Shown here in pieces: positions 37,395-50,957 of a stretch of 64,000 nt of DNA; within the stretch, counting starts at the first letter, position 1, and the number at the start of each line of letters is the position of its first letter. The stretch spans positions 9,238,001 to 9,302,000 of the forward strand of contig NC_087436.1 of assembly GCF_036321535.1 (NCBI RefSeq). Direction: 5' to 3'. Below the pieces are notes generated by a model. That model was not told where the DNA came from. It ran no database searches and saw nothing but the letters and a program-made list of their open reading frames with translations. The stretch is from Camelus dromedarius. Lineage: Eukaryota. The position numbers were made by a program, and so were the translations under genes.

Positions 37395-38292
37395 TCTGGT
37401 TCAAAACCTGACTGACGTTCAATAGCGAAGAATTCTTGGGCATCTTATTTCCTGTGTCACTGTCAGTTTCCTCCTGTGTAAACTGTGGATGACGGTGACT
37501 AAATATTAGGATTGTTACGAGGAGCAAAGAATTAGTGCAGGAGGAGGGGAATAAAAGTTACCTCGGTACTTAGTAACCACCCCCCCACAAAAGAGTTTCT
37601 AACAGGAGGTGGAAAGCACGATATAAGCAGGAGATTTTATTCGTGAAGTAAAAATGTAGTAAAACATGGTACATCCCCCAGGAATTGGGGTTGAACCAAT
37701 CCAAGAGAGGAAAATTGGTGCCGCTCCTTTGTTTTCCATGTTTTTATGTCCTGGTTTAGAGGTGTTTTCTTGATTGATTGATTGATTCACAGCTCAGGCT
37801 CTTAGAGTGCTCGGGCTGACTGCCAGCTCCCATTCGCCGTGCTCAGGATGATTGACTGACAGCTCACGTTCCTTGGGCTCAGGTACACCTGTCTCCTTTG
37901 CACATGTTTTTACCCATGATGCACACATAGAAACCTACAGGAGGGGCTCAAACTACAATGTTAATCACATTATAGTGAGCACTGGGTCAAGTTAAGCTGG
38001 GTCCTTCTCTCTACTGTGCAGCCGCAGCATTTGATTCTACCCAGCTTTTTTGCTGGCCCCTCATTTAGAGAAAATAGAAGACTTTTGGAGTCCCTTATCC
38101 TGAGTGCAGGCATACTGTTATTTTCTGGGTTGCTCCCTCCCTCTTCCTCTCCCCTTGTCTGGTGCTTATTTCTATTTAACTGCCAAACATTAGTAGGTAT
38201 ATAAAGCATTTAGAAAGTGCTTGGCACATGGCAAATGATGTAAAGGGCATTATCACCATCATCATCATCATTATCATCATCATCTCCATCAC
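37395..38292 (+). mobile_element. MIR SINE split by an LTR, with a (CAT)n-like tail
   Basis: cttgggca...tcagtttcctcctgtgtaaa...ggattgttacgagga lies before 37536; taaagcatttagaaagtgcttggcacatgg lies after 38193. Confidence 0.8.
37536..38189 (-). mobile_element. ERV1-class solo LTR related to the 17163-17703 LTR
   Basis: TG...CA, perfect TSD ttag (37532-37535 / 38190-38193); shares tgattgactgacagctc and ttaccc(a/g)tgatg blocks with the 17163 LTR. Confidence 0.9.
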
Positions 38293-38660
38293 TGGCTGCA
38301 GTAATGAATAATAGGACGCTAGTTGTAGAAAGCTCCATAGTTTTCATTGTCCTAATTTTGTATGCATTGTATTCCACCAACATCGTTGCACGTATCGGTA
38401 AAACTATGAAACAGATTAAAATAACTTCTGCACCACCCAACTGGCCTTGTCAGAGCCATTTTCTTCCATGGCATCTCTTTGATTCCGGTTACACACTGCC
38501 ATGTCACTGCTCTGTTGCTTCTCCCATACACCAAAGCAATTCTTAGAAGAAGGTCTAAATATAAGTGAGCCAAACACCAAAACCAAGTTCTGCCTGAGCT
38601 GTTATAAGAAAAGAGTGATACAAGTCAAAAAAGAGTGCATCCTAATATGAGAATTGGATA

Positions 38661-39016
38661 CAGTCATCCTTTGGTTTCCATGGGGGATTGGTTCCAGGAC
38701 CCCATTCTTCCCCAGACATCAAAATCCATGGATGTCCAAGTCCCTTGTTTAAAATGGCATATAACCTATTTGCATATAACCTACTCACATCTTTCTATAG
38801 ACCTTACATCATCTCTGTATGACTTATAATGCCTCATATAATATAAATACTATGCAAATAGCAATAAATACAGTGTAAATGTTATGTAAATAATTGCCGA
38901 TGTGCAGCACATTCAAGTTTTGCTTTTTGGAACTTCTGGAATTTTTAAAAAATATTTTTGATCTGAGGCTGATTGAATTCAAGGATACAGAACCTGTGGA
39001 TAAAGGGGCCTGGCTG
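38661..39016 (+). mobile_element. MER2 (TcMar-Tigger MITE), near full length
   Basis: cagtcatcctt...ggggattggttccaggaccc...gaacctgtggataaaggggcctggctg, with TA on both sides. Confidence 0.9.
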
Positions 39017-39399
39017 TATAGTCTAATGGGGAGCAAAAAGAAACATAAATCCTAAATTACATCATAAGGCAGCAAATGACAAGTGTGAGTGAGGGAGAAA
39101 TGCTAGGGGCTATAAGGCTTAGAGAAGGGGAAGTCCACTTTTTGAACAATTTCATGGAAAGAGGAAATACTGTAGAAAAATGAGTAAGACTTGGGAAAAA
39201 TTCCAAGTAGGGAATTACACAAGGGGAATGGCTTTTGTGAGGGAGAACAAAGTGGGAAGGGGATAATATGTAGACTGGTTTATATGGAAGAAAAGCGATC
39301 ACTGGAAATTGTGAACTTACTTTCCTCTTATGTAGCCCTGACTATTTGCCAAGCGTTTTTGTAAGCTCTTTCCAATTGTAAATTAGTATATTCTTTAAC

Positions 39400-42300
39400 A
39401 GTAAGTGCAAGAACGCTGGTGTGATTATATTAATATCAGACAAAGTAGACTTCAAGGCAAGAAATAGTGTTCAGAAGAAAAGAGGAACTTACCATAATGT
39501 TAAAATGTAAAGTCATCAGGAAGAAATAATTCTCACTGTGAAAGTCTGTGATAATAGAAAATCTAAATAAATGAGTAAAGCCTAAAAGAATTAAAGGTTT
39601 TTCATAGACTATATGTTAGGCCATTAAAGAAGTCTGAAAAAGTTTTACAAGAGTGAAATCTTAAAGAGCAATTTCTCTGAGCACAACAAATTAAATTAGC
39701 AGTCAATTACAGTACATATATGGAAAATCCACAAATATTTGGAAATTAACCACATACTTTTAATATAAATCAAATTTTGAAAAAGAAAATCCCAAGGAGA
39801 AATAGAAATTATTTCAAACTGAACACAACAAATCAAAATTATACAGTGCAGTAAACCAGTGTTTAAAAAAAAAACCTTTGGTTGTAACTGTAAGTTTTAT
39901 ATTAGAAAAGAATTAATTATATAAATTCTGCACCTTAAGAAACTAGAAAAAAAAAGCAAATTAAACCCTGAGAAGTTAGAAGGAAGAAAATAAATATTAA
40001 GGACTGAAATAAAAAAATAAAAGGGAACAATAATGGAAAAATTAATAAAGCAAAAAGATGAGTCTTTACAAAGATTAATAAAACTCTTAAACTCCTAAAA
40101 AGACTAATCAAGAAATAAAGGAAAACCATTCTTAAATATGAGGGATTTAAGAAGTCTTAAGAGAAAAAATATACGCAATACAAGGATAAAAAGAAAACCT
40201 TAAGGACAATTTTATGCCGGTATATTTAACAACTTAGATGAAATAGGCAATTTCTGTGAGAAAACATCAAAATGTATATCTTCGATCTGATAAAGAACAT
40301 CTATTAAAACAAATAAAAAAGCTAAACTAAACTAAGACCAACATTTTAGTTAATGGTGAAATATAGAATGCTTTATCTTTTATCAGGGGAGAAAAGCAAA
40401 TATATTTGTTACCACAATTTCTATTTCACAATGTACTGGAATCCAATCAACACAAGATGGCAAAAATAAACATATTTAAAATGCACAGAAGGGAAGGTTT
40501 TAACTGCCTGTGTTCACAATTAATAAGATTATATACAAAATTCCAAAAAAAAATTTTTAATTTACCACAAATAGAATGCTAACTTATCTAGGTCCCAGAA
40601 TATAATATCAATATACACATATCCAAAATCAACAATAATAATGGTAATAATTGTAATAATAATTGTATATTTATAAACAAACAACTATTAAAATTCAGTT
40701 TAAAATAATTATATTTACTACAGCATTCAAAAACATAATTATGAATAATTGTATCAAATGTTAGGAACCTCTATATCAAAAACTAAGGATCATGAACATT
40801 AATGTTAAAAATGAAAGAAGACCTAAAAAAAGAGAGGTACACAATGTATATGAATAGGACTCTGAAATCAAGTATAGATGTTAGGCCTCCCATACTGGTC
40901 TATATATTCAACCCAATCCCAATCATATCCCAATAGCTTATTTCTTTCTTTCTATTTCTCTTTCTTTCTTTCTTCCCAATAAAACTTAACAAGATGACTC
41001 TAAAATTTATAACAAATGAAACACCTAATACAATAATAAAGGAAGAAAAATTTGAATAAAATATAAACATTTAATATAATTCATAAAGGAAGAACAAAAT
41101 TATTATAAATAATTACCATAAATTCTAGATCTATAATAAATAAGACAGTGTATTATTGTCATAAACATAGACATATAGGTCAGTGGAGCAAAACAAAATG
41201 ACCATCACAGCCTTATACATTTAAAGCCAAGGGTTTTTGTTATAAGAACATTCAAGTAAAACAACAACAACAAAAATCAAACACACAGAAAAAAGTTGAA
41301 GAAAAAGGATGAAAGTATAAAACAATTATCTTAACTTCTATCTCATGCTATATATAAAATTAATTTAAGATGGATCATCAATCTAAACATAAAGCTGAAA
41401 GTATAAAGATTTTAGCACAAGACTTAAAAAAAACAAAACAAAACAGTTTTCCAACCTTGCGGGAGGCCAAGATTTTTTAGAGTGAACGTGAAAAGCACTA
41501 ATCATCAAATAAAAATATTGCAAAATTGATTTCACTTTAATTAAAAATTTCTTGCCATAAAAAGACACGCATTTAAAACAAACAAGTCACACATTGGGAG
41601 AATTTATTTGTAATACGTATATGTATATCTGACAAAGAACTTGGATATGTACAATTTATACTAAGAAATATATCATTGGTCTTTGTCCTCATTCCTTACA
41701 CAGAGCAACTAAAACTTGGAATTTCCTAAGTGGTAAGAGCCATAAAATTGTCTTTTGTCATGAAAATGAGGTGGCTTTTGGAAAACACTTAAGGATGGAG
41801 GTCTGCCAGGGGAACCAATTAAATGATTAGAAGGTTGAAATTTTTAGTCCCACCACAAACCTCTCTGGAGGAGAGAGGGGCAGAGAATTGAGTTCGATCA
41901 TCAATGGCCAATGATTTACTCAAACGGGCTCAGGTAATAAAGCTTTCATAAAAACCCAAGAAGGTGGAGTTCAGAGAGCTTCCAGATTGGTGAACACAAG
42001 GAGATTTAGAGAGTGGTGTGTTCTCAGGGAGCATGGAAGCTCCACACTCTTTCCCCGTACATCTGGGCTTTTCCTGACTTATATCCTTCTGCGATAAATC
42101 AGGACTCTAGTAAGTAAATATTTTCCAACTTCTGTGAGCTACTCTAGCAAATTAATCAAACCCAAGGAGAGGGTTGTTGGGACCTCCAGCGTATGACTGG
42201 TTGGTCGGAAGCACAGGTGACAACCTGGACTTGTGGCTAACCTCTGAAGTGAGAGGTAGGACTGACCGCTTGACTTGTGGGATATGACCATTATCTCCAG

Positions 42301-43353
42301 GGTTACAGCATCAGAATTGAATTGTAGTACACCCATCTGGTGTCAGAGAATTGCCTTGTATGGGAAAAAATCCCACACATCTGGTGTTGTAAGTGTAGTA
42401 ATAGTGATAGTGAAGGAGACACACTGGAGGAGGATGGAGTTTTTCTGAAAAAAAAAAAAAAAATCCAGAACATATAAATATCTTTAACAAATCAAAAATA
42501 AAAAAAAAATAAATTTTAAAAGTGGAAAAATATTTGCACAATTTATAAAAGGCATATATATATATATATGTATATACACACACACACACAGAGAAAGAGA
42601 AGCTGACACATGTAATTAATCATCCTATGATTATTAAAACCATAAATGCAAAATCACCCCTACTAGAGTGACAAATTAGTGACTGACAACATCAAATGCA
42701 GGTAAACATGTGGAGAACTTGAACTGTTATACATTATAGGTGGGAATGTCAAGTGGTCCAGTCACTTTGGAAAATTGTTTGGCAGATTCTTATACAATTA
42801 AACAATTGTCTACCCTATATTCCAGGTCTTCTACTCCTAGATTTTCACGCAAGAGAAATAAAAATATATGTCCACAGAAAAATCATAGATAGAAGTATAT
42901 AGCAGCTTGCTTCCCAAGAGCCCCAGTCTAGATACAACTCTAATGCTTTTCAATAGGAGAAGAGACAAGCAAATTTTAGCATATGCATTCAATGAAATAC
43001 TACACAGCAATGAAAATGAGCAGACTAGTAATAAATACAAACACATGGGTAAATCTCAAAAATATTATGCTGAATGAAAGAGACTAGACACAAAGAATAC
43101 ATATGATTTCTTTTTTTGAAGAGTAAGAACAGGTAGAAGTTATCTGTGGTGACAGAAGTCAAAATAATGATTTTCTCTGAAAAATGGGTATTGACTAGAG
43201 GAGAGTGCAAGGAAACTTTCTGAGCTGACAAATTTGTTGTACAGCTTGACTGGAGTGCTGTTTATATTGGAATCCAAACTCATTGAATTGTTCACTTCAC
43301 ATGTGTGCCTTTCATTTTGTGTAAATTATATCTCAATTAAAAAAAAAAAAAAA
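39400..43353 (+). mobile_element. Old LINE-1 (L1MB/L1ME-type): degenerate ORF2, 3' UTR and poly(A), split by MER21
   Basis: atatcagacaaagtagacttcaag (EN), taagacagtgtattattg, cactttggaaaattgtttggcag, aaattatatctcaattaaaa and an A-run at 43339-43353. Confidence 0.88.
41648..42448 (+). mobile_element. MER21-type LTR
   Basis: ttggtctttgtc...cacagagc...ttggaatttcctaagtg, aatggccaatgatttactca, ttcagagagcttccagattggtgaacac, tcagaattgaattg. Confidence 0.88.
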
Positions 43354-44539
43354 GGAAGAGGGGCAAATACTTGATCAAAAAGGCTAGGAACCTATCAGAA
43401 TAGATCCCCCTGGCTAACACATGCTATCACATTATGAAAATGTAATAATTTTGCCCTTGCTTGTGGATAAATTGCAATTAACACCTTTGCCCAAGTTATT
43501 AGATATAGATACTCCCTTTTCATAGACTAATTAGGGAAGATTTTTCTTCCCAAGTGACATACTGTAAGCTGAACTTCTACCCACCCCCCAGTACCTCTGT
43601 AGACAGGTGATTTTATGTAGAACATACTTTATACAATTTCACATTGCAGCCTTGGAACAGGGAAATGAGTTAAGGTCTCACTGGAGATGACATTAAAGTC
43701 AAGATAGACACCAATGACTATTAAGCAGAGGTATAGCCTAATAACATTCTAGAGGAGGTTAGAGGCTAAGGCAGGCTGGAATAAAGAAGATAATTTGGGA
43801 ACTAAACTCCAGTGTTGGCAAAGGGAATGGAAAACAAGGTGCATATCATTATGAAAAATCACTAGAATCTGTAGGCTGATGCTACATGGTTGGCGTGGGC
43901 ATGGGGGTTCTTGGGTCACCATGAGCGGCTGGGACATGTTAATGCTTGTTCTGAGGCTTTCAAGGGCAGAAGCACTTCTAAGGCTTCATTGTGTTTTCCA
44001 GCATCACAGGGAGCCTGTTTTCTCTCATGATGAGCATCTTTTCTCTGTGGGTTGTTATCTGAAAGTTGTGAAATAAAGATGAATACAGCCCAGCCCTGAC
44101 TTGAAGTGTTGACAGTCGAGTGAAGCTGGCATTTGAGTGTTCTTCAAAGGAATGCTGTTACATAATAAAGCCCTATGGAAAATTATCTCAGGTGCACAGA
44201 TAAACAGCTGGTTAACAGCATACTAGGAGACAATCATTACTTCATTCAAGGAAATTCTGCAGGGTGAAACTCAGTATAAACAGGGAGATCAATGTGTATA
44301 AAAACGGATACACACAAATAAGTATGTGCACAGGGAATGACGCGGTTTAATTGCAGTGTTGAATATATATGTTAAGGAATAGGACAAGAGGTTTTGTAAA
44401 TGTAGCTGAGGCCATGTCGGGGGAATGATGCCTCTTTGTTCTGTGAGTTGGATTTTGACAACTGATCCTTGCTTGGGCTGAATTTTAACTACAGATATTT
44501 TATTGCTTTACGAGATGTGTTTAACCATTTCTGAACTAG

Positions 44540-44752
44540 TTGCAAAGATTCAGACATTGGGAAACTTCTCATAAAAATAAAAATGCCAATCTTACCTTGA
44601 AAAATCAGGAGATCTAGCAACACTGTTTTCCCACAATTTTGTTACTCTGTTAAGGTAAAGTGTGTGTTTCTCACTCTCTTATTACATGACTCTTATTACT
44701 CAGTTATGTTACTAGCTGGGTATTTATTGGCATTTGTGTCAGTTTTCCTTGC
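44540..44752 (+). mobile_element. MER102 (hAT-Charlie) fragment
   Basis: ttgaaaaatcaggagatctagcaacactg...actcagttatgttac...ggcatttgtgt. Confidence 0.65.
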
Positions 44753-46114
44753 TATACATGATAGGTAGTTAAGCAAGTTAGTAGATAAATTATTTAGTGA
44801 ACAGATGCATTAGAAATAAAATAGACTGGTGACAATATCATGAATGCAATAATCTAGTTAAGATCGAATTCAGGCTTTTGATAAGGCTCTGAAAATGAGA
44901 ATAGAATGAAACAAATAGATCCCAGGGATCTGTATGATACAGAATAAACAGAATATCACAGCTGAGTGATATGAGTGAAGGTGATTGCTTAGTGATGCTA
45001 TTTCATAAGTATCTAGAGGATTAAGGGTAACTATGGTTAGGTTAACGCTACATTTAGATATTTCCTTGCATCTAAATTAAACATTTCACCTTTAAGTATG
45101 CACTGTAAGTCTTTACAACCTTGGGGAAAAAAAACAGAAATAGATGACATAGGGAAGTATCTTCCAAAAAGAGAAAATAAATAAGGACAACAGAGTGAAG
45201 AGGAAATAAAGGTATTACAAAAATGAAAGACGTCGGTTTCATCACTACCAACAACCTACTTCTTTGTTTCTCCTTTAGGGCCCAAACTTGGAAGCAGTGA
45301 TTTTAGAAATGGAGAAAATATATATTGGGACTACAGGATTGCATCTCCCCATCCACAGCTAGAAGGGGTTGCAAGGACTCTGGAGGAATACTGGTGTTAG
45401 CTGTGCTAAAAATTCTGTGTTGGGTAAACACGAGCATAATATGAATTAAGGTTTTCCATGGCCAATGTATGATGGGCAGGGGGTCTGGATGAACCAGATT
45501 GCCTTTCTAGGAATATATAAAGGTGATGCGGACGTGTAAACGGCTGGGACAGAAAGAAGCAGCTTTAATGAGTGGAGGTACTATGACTAAGGAAGAGATC
45601 ATGGGGTTCTGGGATGGGTGTGACATAGCATTCCCAAAACCAGGTGGACCCAGTGGTACCCAGCCAACTAGCAGTTCAAAGGTGACTGCAGACAACACAC
45701 TTCTTAGAAGATGACAGCACAAACGTCTGTACCGTCAGCATGGATGCCTTCTTCTCTCCCTTGCTACCAAAATACATACCTTTCATACTCACTTGCCATT
45801 TGGGGAATTAGGAGAGAAGGACAAGGGGGGAAAAAAGCAACCTCTGATATTTAAAAGACACTGAGCTACTTGAGTAAGTCTATTTAAATTCAGAAAATAA
45901 TAAGAATATATTAAACCACACTTAGAGTTAAACAAAAAGCAACAAACATGTACACATGTAGTTCGGTTTTTTCCTACAATTACCTGGATGAGGAATTGGA
46001 AGGGTGGCATGTAAGAAAAATAAGGTTAGTTGCATGAAATAAACAAGCTGCAATTTCTTCGTGTGTCTGTCAGGTGGAAGGTGCTGCTTTAATCCACTAA
46101 GACAAATGGGTTGA

Positions 46115-46375
46115 TAATAATGCTATATATTTACTGAATGCTAACAATGTTCTGGAAACAGCTTAAGTACATTACATTAATTATAGTGATTACTCTTTAT
46201 AAGGAAAAACAACAACAACTTTGAAATACATCTTGTCATTTTCACTGTTTATGGATAAGACAATTGGAATAAACAGAAAATAAGTAACATTAACAGACAG
46301 GAAGCTATTAAATAGCAAAGCTAAATTTTGAATACTAATAGTTGGAGTTGAGTGCTTCCCTTCTTACTTACTCTG
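46115..46375 (-). mobile_element. MIR SINE
   Basis: atttactgaatgct...tttatggataagacaattg...taagtaac...agcaaagctaaattttgaa. Confidence 0.6.
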
Positions 46376-48611
46376 TTATTCTTCTAAGGTAGTAAACATA
46401 AGAGGAGTGCCAATTTGTAAGGTACACAGAATGGGTCTGGTTTTTACTGGTTAGGTTTAAGTTAACACTATTATGCACAAATGGGAATATGCATTAAGCC
46501 CTGAAGAGGGGATCATAGAACATAAATTCCCTAAATTTTTTTCATTAGCATATGAAAGTGGTTGAGGCAATAAAAATATAAACATAAAAATGCAGAAGGA
46601 TTTCCCTTCCTTGCTGAACTTCTTGTCCTGTTCAAAACATCCATGGAGACATTCGGTCCATGCCAAAACATCCTTAAATTTTGGTTCTGTCCAAAACATC
46701 TATACACATTTTTTTCTACACCAAAATCTCCTTGATATTCCATCAACATTTATGATAGCAGTAATGTGTTCTTTAAGAACTTAGAAAAATGGATCATCTC
46801 TCCTCAAAAAAAAAAAATGAGCAACATTATTTATAGGAAAACATTAATTTAACCATTAGGAAAATATGGTTATCATTTACAGTCATACGTAATTTTGTTC
46901 CTCAATAAATAAAGTAATAGAAAAACTTAGAATCATAAAATGTTAATACTAGGATAGATTTCAGAGACTGTCTAGTCAAATTACAGCACTCATTTGGAGA
47001 CAAGATAAATTTAGGCCTTAAAAGTGCACACCGTAAACCTGACTTCAAATACTCAGAGGGAATTTGGCCAAGTAATTAGAAAACAAGGAGTTACAGAGAC
47101 AGAGATGTCCAAACGAACTAAGAAAAAAAAATGTACATTTGCTCAGAGATTTTCAATATATGGAGGAAGACAGTAGTTAGATTTTTTAGGAATGCATCAT
47201 GAGATCTATTGCCTAATCCTTTAAGGCAGAAAAATGACCCAGAAAACATCTCAATCAGCTAGCATTCTCGAGTCAGGGAACCCATCATAACCTCAGAAAT
47301 CCAAGAAAGAAATTGGAGAGAACTTAAGCCTGAAACCCGTGTTCCTGGTTGTGTGTGTGACTATGTGTGTGTGTTTCTAAAAATATTGAAAAGGTTTAAA
47401 TAGTCATCTAAGACATACAGTAATAAACAGGGAGACCCTCTTAAAAACCACTATAAACATATTTCAAACAGAATTTCAGGACAAAGGAACTCAGTATCAT
47501 ACTCTATTTTATCACTCTTTCAGAAGTGTTTGGAATCATTCTGCTTTCTTAACTCAACTTAACATCAGTTAAGCTCATGTTTTGGTTTGCCGATGCATTT
47601 TCTGGGGAAACAGTAGAGAGAAAGGTGACAAGATGACAGAGAGCTTTGTATCCCCACAAGGCCATGCCTACCTTAACTCACTACAGTCTCAAGTTTATCT
47701 AATTTTGTATTTGCGTTTTTCTACAATATTTAATTTAAACAAAAATGTTACTGACTTAAAAATTCAGGGAAAAAATCTAATTGAGAGAGTTAATGGTGAA
47801 CCAAACGACAATGTGAATTTGTATCACTATTTACCCAGTGCTTTACAACTGGCTCCCTTGTTTGTGTTGAACCAAATCTGTCTCACACTTCAAGTAACAA
47901 CGCCTTGAAAAAGGACACACACATATATGCACATACACATACAGACACACACATACCCCACACACCACACAGTTTTACTGTTCAGAGACATTAGAAGATT
48001 TCTGATGTCTACTTTTGTGAAATATAAATACATAAATTATTTTCCCTTTATTTATTCCACTTTGTTCTTTAAATCAGTATTAGCTTTAAGTTTGAAAAGT
48101 GTTTTAAAAGATGCAGTGACTTTTTATTAGCAATCTGAAATTACATTAATAGTTCTTAGGATGAGTACCTACAAAAATATATGGAAAGCTTAAGTGCATG
48201 TGTGATTGACCCGTTATTAAATGGGTCATACCATTAAGCTGAACCCATCCATTTTCTCAAATCAGATTTAATATAATCAGATTTATATCTGATTTAATAG
48301 TACAATATAACATAATACAAATAAATATATAAATGTGCTACACAATCTGTTCTATGATACACACATATATTTCTTATAGCATATATTATATTTGAGTGAC
48401 TCCAGTGGATTAAAAGCTGCAGAGAATATCAAGCCAAGTAGATGCTGGGGAAGTTATTGATAGACTGTAAAATTAAACAATGCCTTCTCCTGGCTAACAC
48501 ATCACTCTGGTTGCAGCAAGAGATTATTATATTCCAAGGTATTATGTTGTCTTTTACAAACAGTATTTAATTAAAAAAAATGAAACTTTACAAGGCAAAT
48601 GCAATTATATT

Positions 48612-48740
48612 ATACTAATTCTGCATATGAGAAACCGAGGCCCAAGAAAGTTAAATAAATTGTCCAACGTTATATAGTTAGGGAATGATAGAGCCAGAAT
48701 TACAAAAAGATCTAACTAATTCCACCATATAGACACAATA
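48612..48740 (-). mobile_element. MIR SINE fragment
   Basis: atgagaaaccgaggcccaagaaagttaaataaattgtccaa...gatagagccaga. Confidence 0.75.
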
Positions 48741-48914
48741 TAGCTTACATCCTTTCCCCCAATCAACTTTCAAAAGAATTGCAAGCTGGTTCCAGAAACC
48801 ACCACAAGTTAATAAGAAAGGAAATCTGTTCATGATGTTACAATTCTTCATTTTGTGTTCATTTCAAACAGCTGTTGCATATTCTAGTTTTATGGTAAAT
48901 AATAGCTCTTTAAA

Positions 48915-50957
48915 CAGAGTCAGGGCTGAGCCACACAGTTAGCCAGGCCAGGAGCCAACCCCACCCACCAGCATGCTGACAGCAGCCACAGCCCAACCAC
49001 AACAGAAGGGCACATGCAGCCTGCACAGGGGATACCTCTGGACACCTGGCTCTGGTAGTAGATCCAACAACTGAAAAGCTCGTGTAAAAGTTAAAAGACA
49101 GAAGCAATAAAGTCATTGATATCTGAAATAATTAGTTAAGCGGTACACAAAATAAAAAGATGTAAAATATGACATCACAAACACAACATGCAGGGAAGAA
49201 GTAAAAATATAATGTTTTTGCAATGCACTCGAAGGAAAGAGACCATCAATGTAAAACAGACTCCTAAATGCTTAGGTTGTTATATAAAAACCTCATGGTA
49301 ACCACAAACCAAAAACCTGCAACAGATAGAAAAAATAAAAAAAGAAAGGAATATAAATATAACACTAAAAAGTCATCAATCAGGAGGAAACAGAATAGGA
49401 GAGTGAGAAAGGGACAGAGAAGAACTACAAAAGCATCCAGAACACAATGAACAAAATGATTAAAATAAAGGACATACCTACCAATACTTAAGTACTTTAA
49501 ACGTCATGGACTAAATGCTGACATCAAAATACATAAGGTAGCCAAATAAATCGAAAAAAAAAGAGACTCATCTTCATGCTGCCAATGAAACTCATTTCAA
49601 ATCTAAAGACCCACACAGACTGAAAAGAAAGAGACGGAAAAAGACATATCATGCAAACGCAAACAAAAAGAAAGTTAGGGCAGTATTGCATATAAGACAA
49701 AATAGGCTTTAAAACAAAGACCAAAGAAAGGCATTACAAAATGATTAAGACATCAATCCAACAAGAGGATGCGGCTCTTGTAATTATCTATGTAAACAAC
49801 TTATAAGCAACAAAATTCATAAAACAGGTGTTAGCAGACATAAAGGGCAATATTGACAGGAATAAAATATTAGTAAGAGATTTTTAACACCCCACTTCTG
49901 TCAATGAGTAGATCATCCAGACGTAAGCTCAATAAACACTGGCTTTAAATGACTTAACAGATATAAACAGAACATTATACCCAAGAAAAATAAAATGCTC
50001 ATTTTTTTCCAAGTGCACATGAAAAATTCTTCAGAAAAGTTCACATGATGTCACAAAACAAGTCATAATAAATTTAGTAAAATTGAAATCAAATCAAGCA
50101 TCTTTTCTGATCACAATGGTATAAAAATAGTAATCAACTATAAGAAAAAAATTTGAAAAAACAAAATCATATGGAGGCTAACGAACATACTTCTAAGTAA
50201 TCAATGGATCAATGAAGAAGTCAAAGAGAAAATAAAAAATACTTCGAAAGAAATGAATAAGGAAACACAGTCTTCCAAAATCTATGGGACTCAGCAAAAG
50301 CAGGTCTAAGATGAAAGTTTACAGTGATGCAAGGCTACTTCAGGAAACAAGTAAAATCTCAGACAATCTAGCCTTACACCTAAAGGAACTGAAAAAAAGA
50401 ACAAAATCCGAAGTTGGCAGAAGAAGGGAAACACTTAAGATCAGGGTAGAAATAAATCAAATGGGGATCTAATAAAAAACAATTGAAAAGATGAATGAAA
50501 CTAAGAGCTGGTTCTTTGAAGAGATAAACAAAATTTATAAACTAATAGCCAGATGCATCAAGGAAAAAAGGAGAGAACATAAGTAAATAAAATTATAAAT
50601 AAAGGTTAAAACTGACATCCCAGAAATACAAAAGATCATAAGAGACTACTATAAACAACAGTATGTCAACAAATTGGACAACTTAGAAGAAATAAATATT
50701 CCTAGGAATGTCCAATATTCCAAGACTGAATCAAAAGGAATAGATAATCTAAACTGACTGATAACTAGTAATAAAATTGAGTCAGTAATCAAAAAGCTCC
50801 CCAGAACAAACAAAAAGCCCAGTACCCCATGAAATCACAGGTGAATTGCGTCAAACATTCAAAGAGGGTTAATACCCATTCTCCTCAAAGTATTCAAAAA
50901 AGTTGAAGAGGGAAAATATATTTCCAAAACTATTCTACCAGGCCAGCATTACTCTGA
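48915..50957 (+). mobile_element. LINE-1: 5' UTR piece, inter-ORF region and ORF2 N-terminal half (3'-truncated)
   Basis: 5'-UTR-like ccacaacagaagggcacatgcagcc; aacctcatggtaaccacaaaccaaaaacct; EN tttaacaccccactt and ttttctgatcacaatggtat; ends at ggccagcattactctga. Confidence 0.9.

Noticed and set aside
17163..38189. Two related, same-orientation ERV1 LTRs as the ends of one provirus
   Set aside because: They are 20 kb apart, diverged, each has its own TSD (ctac, ttag), and there is no retroviral internal sequence between them.
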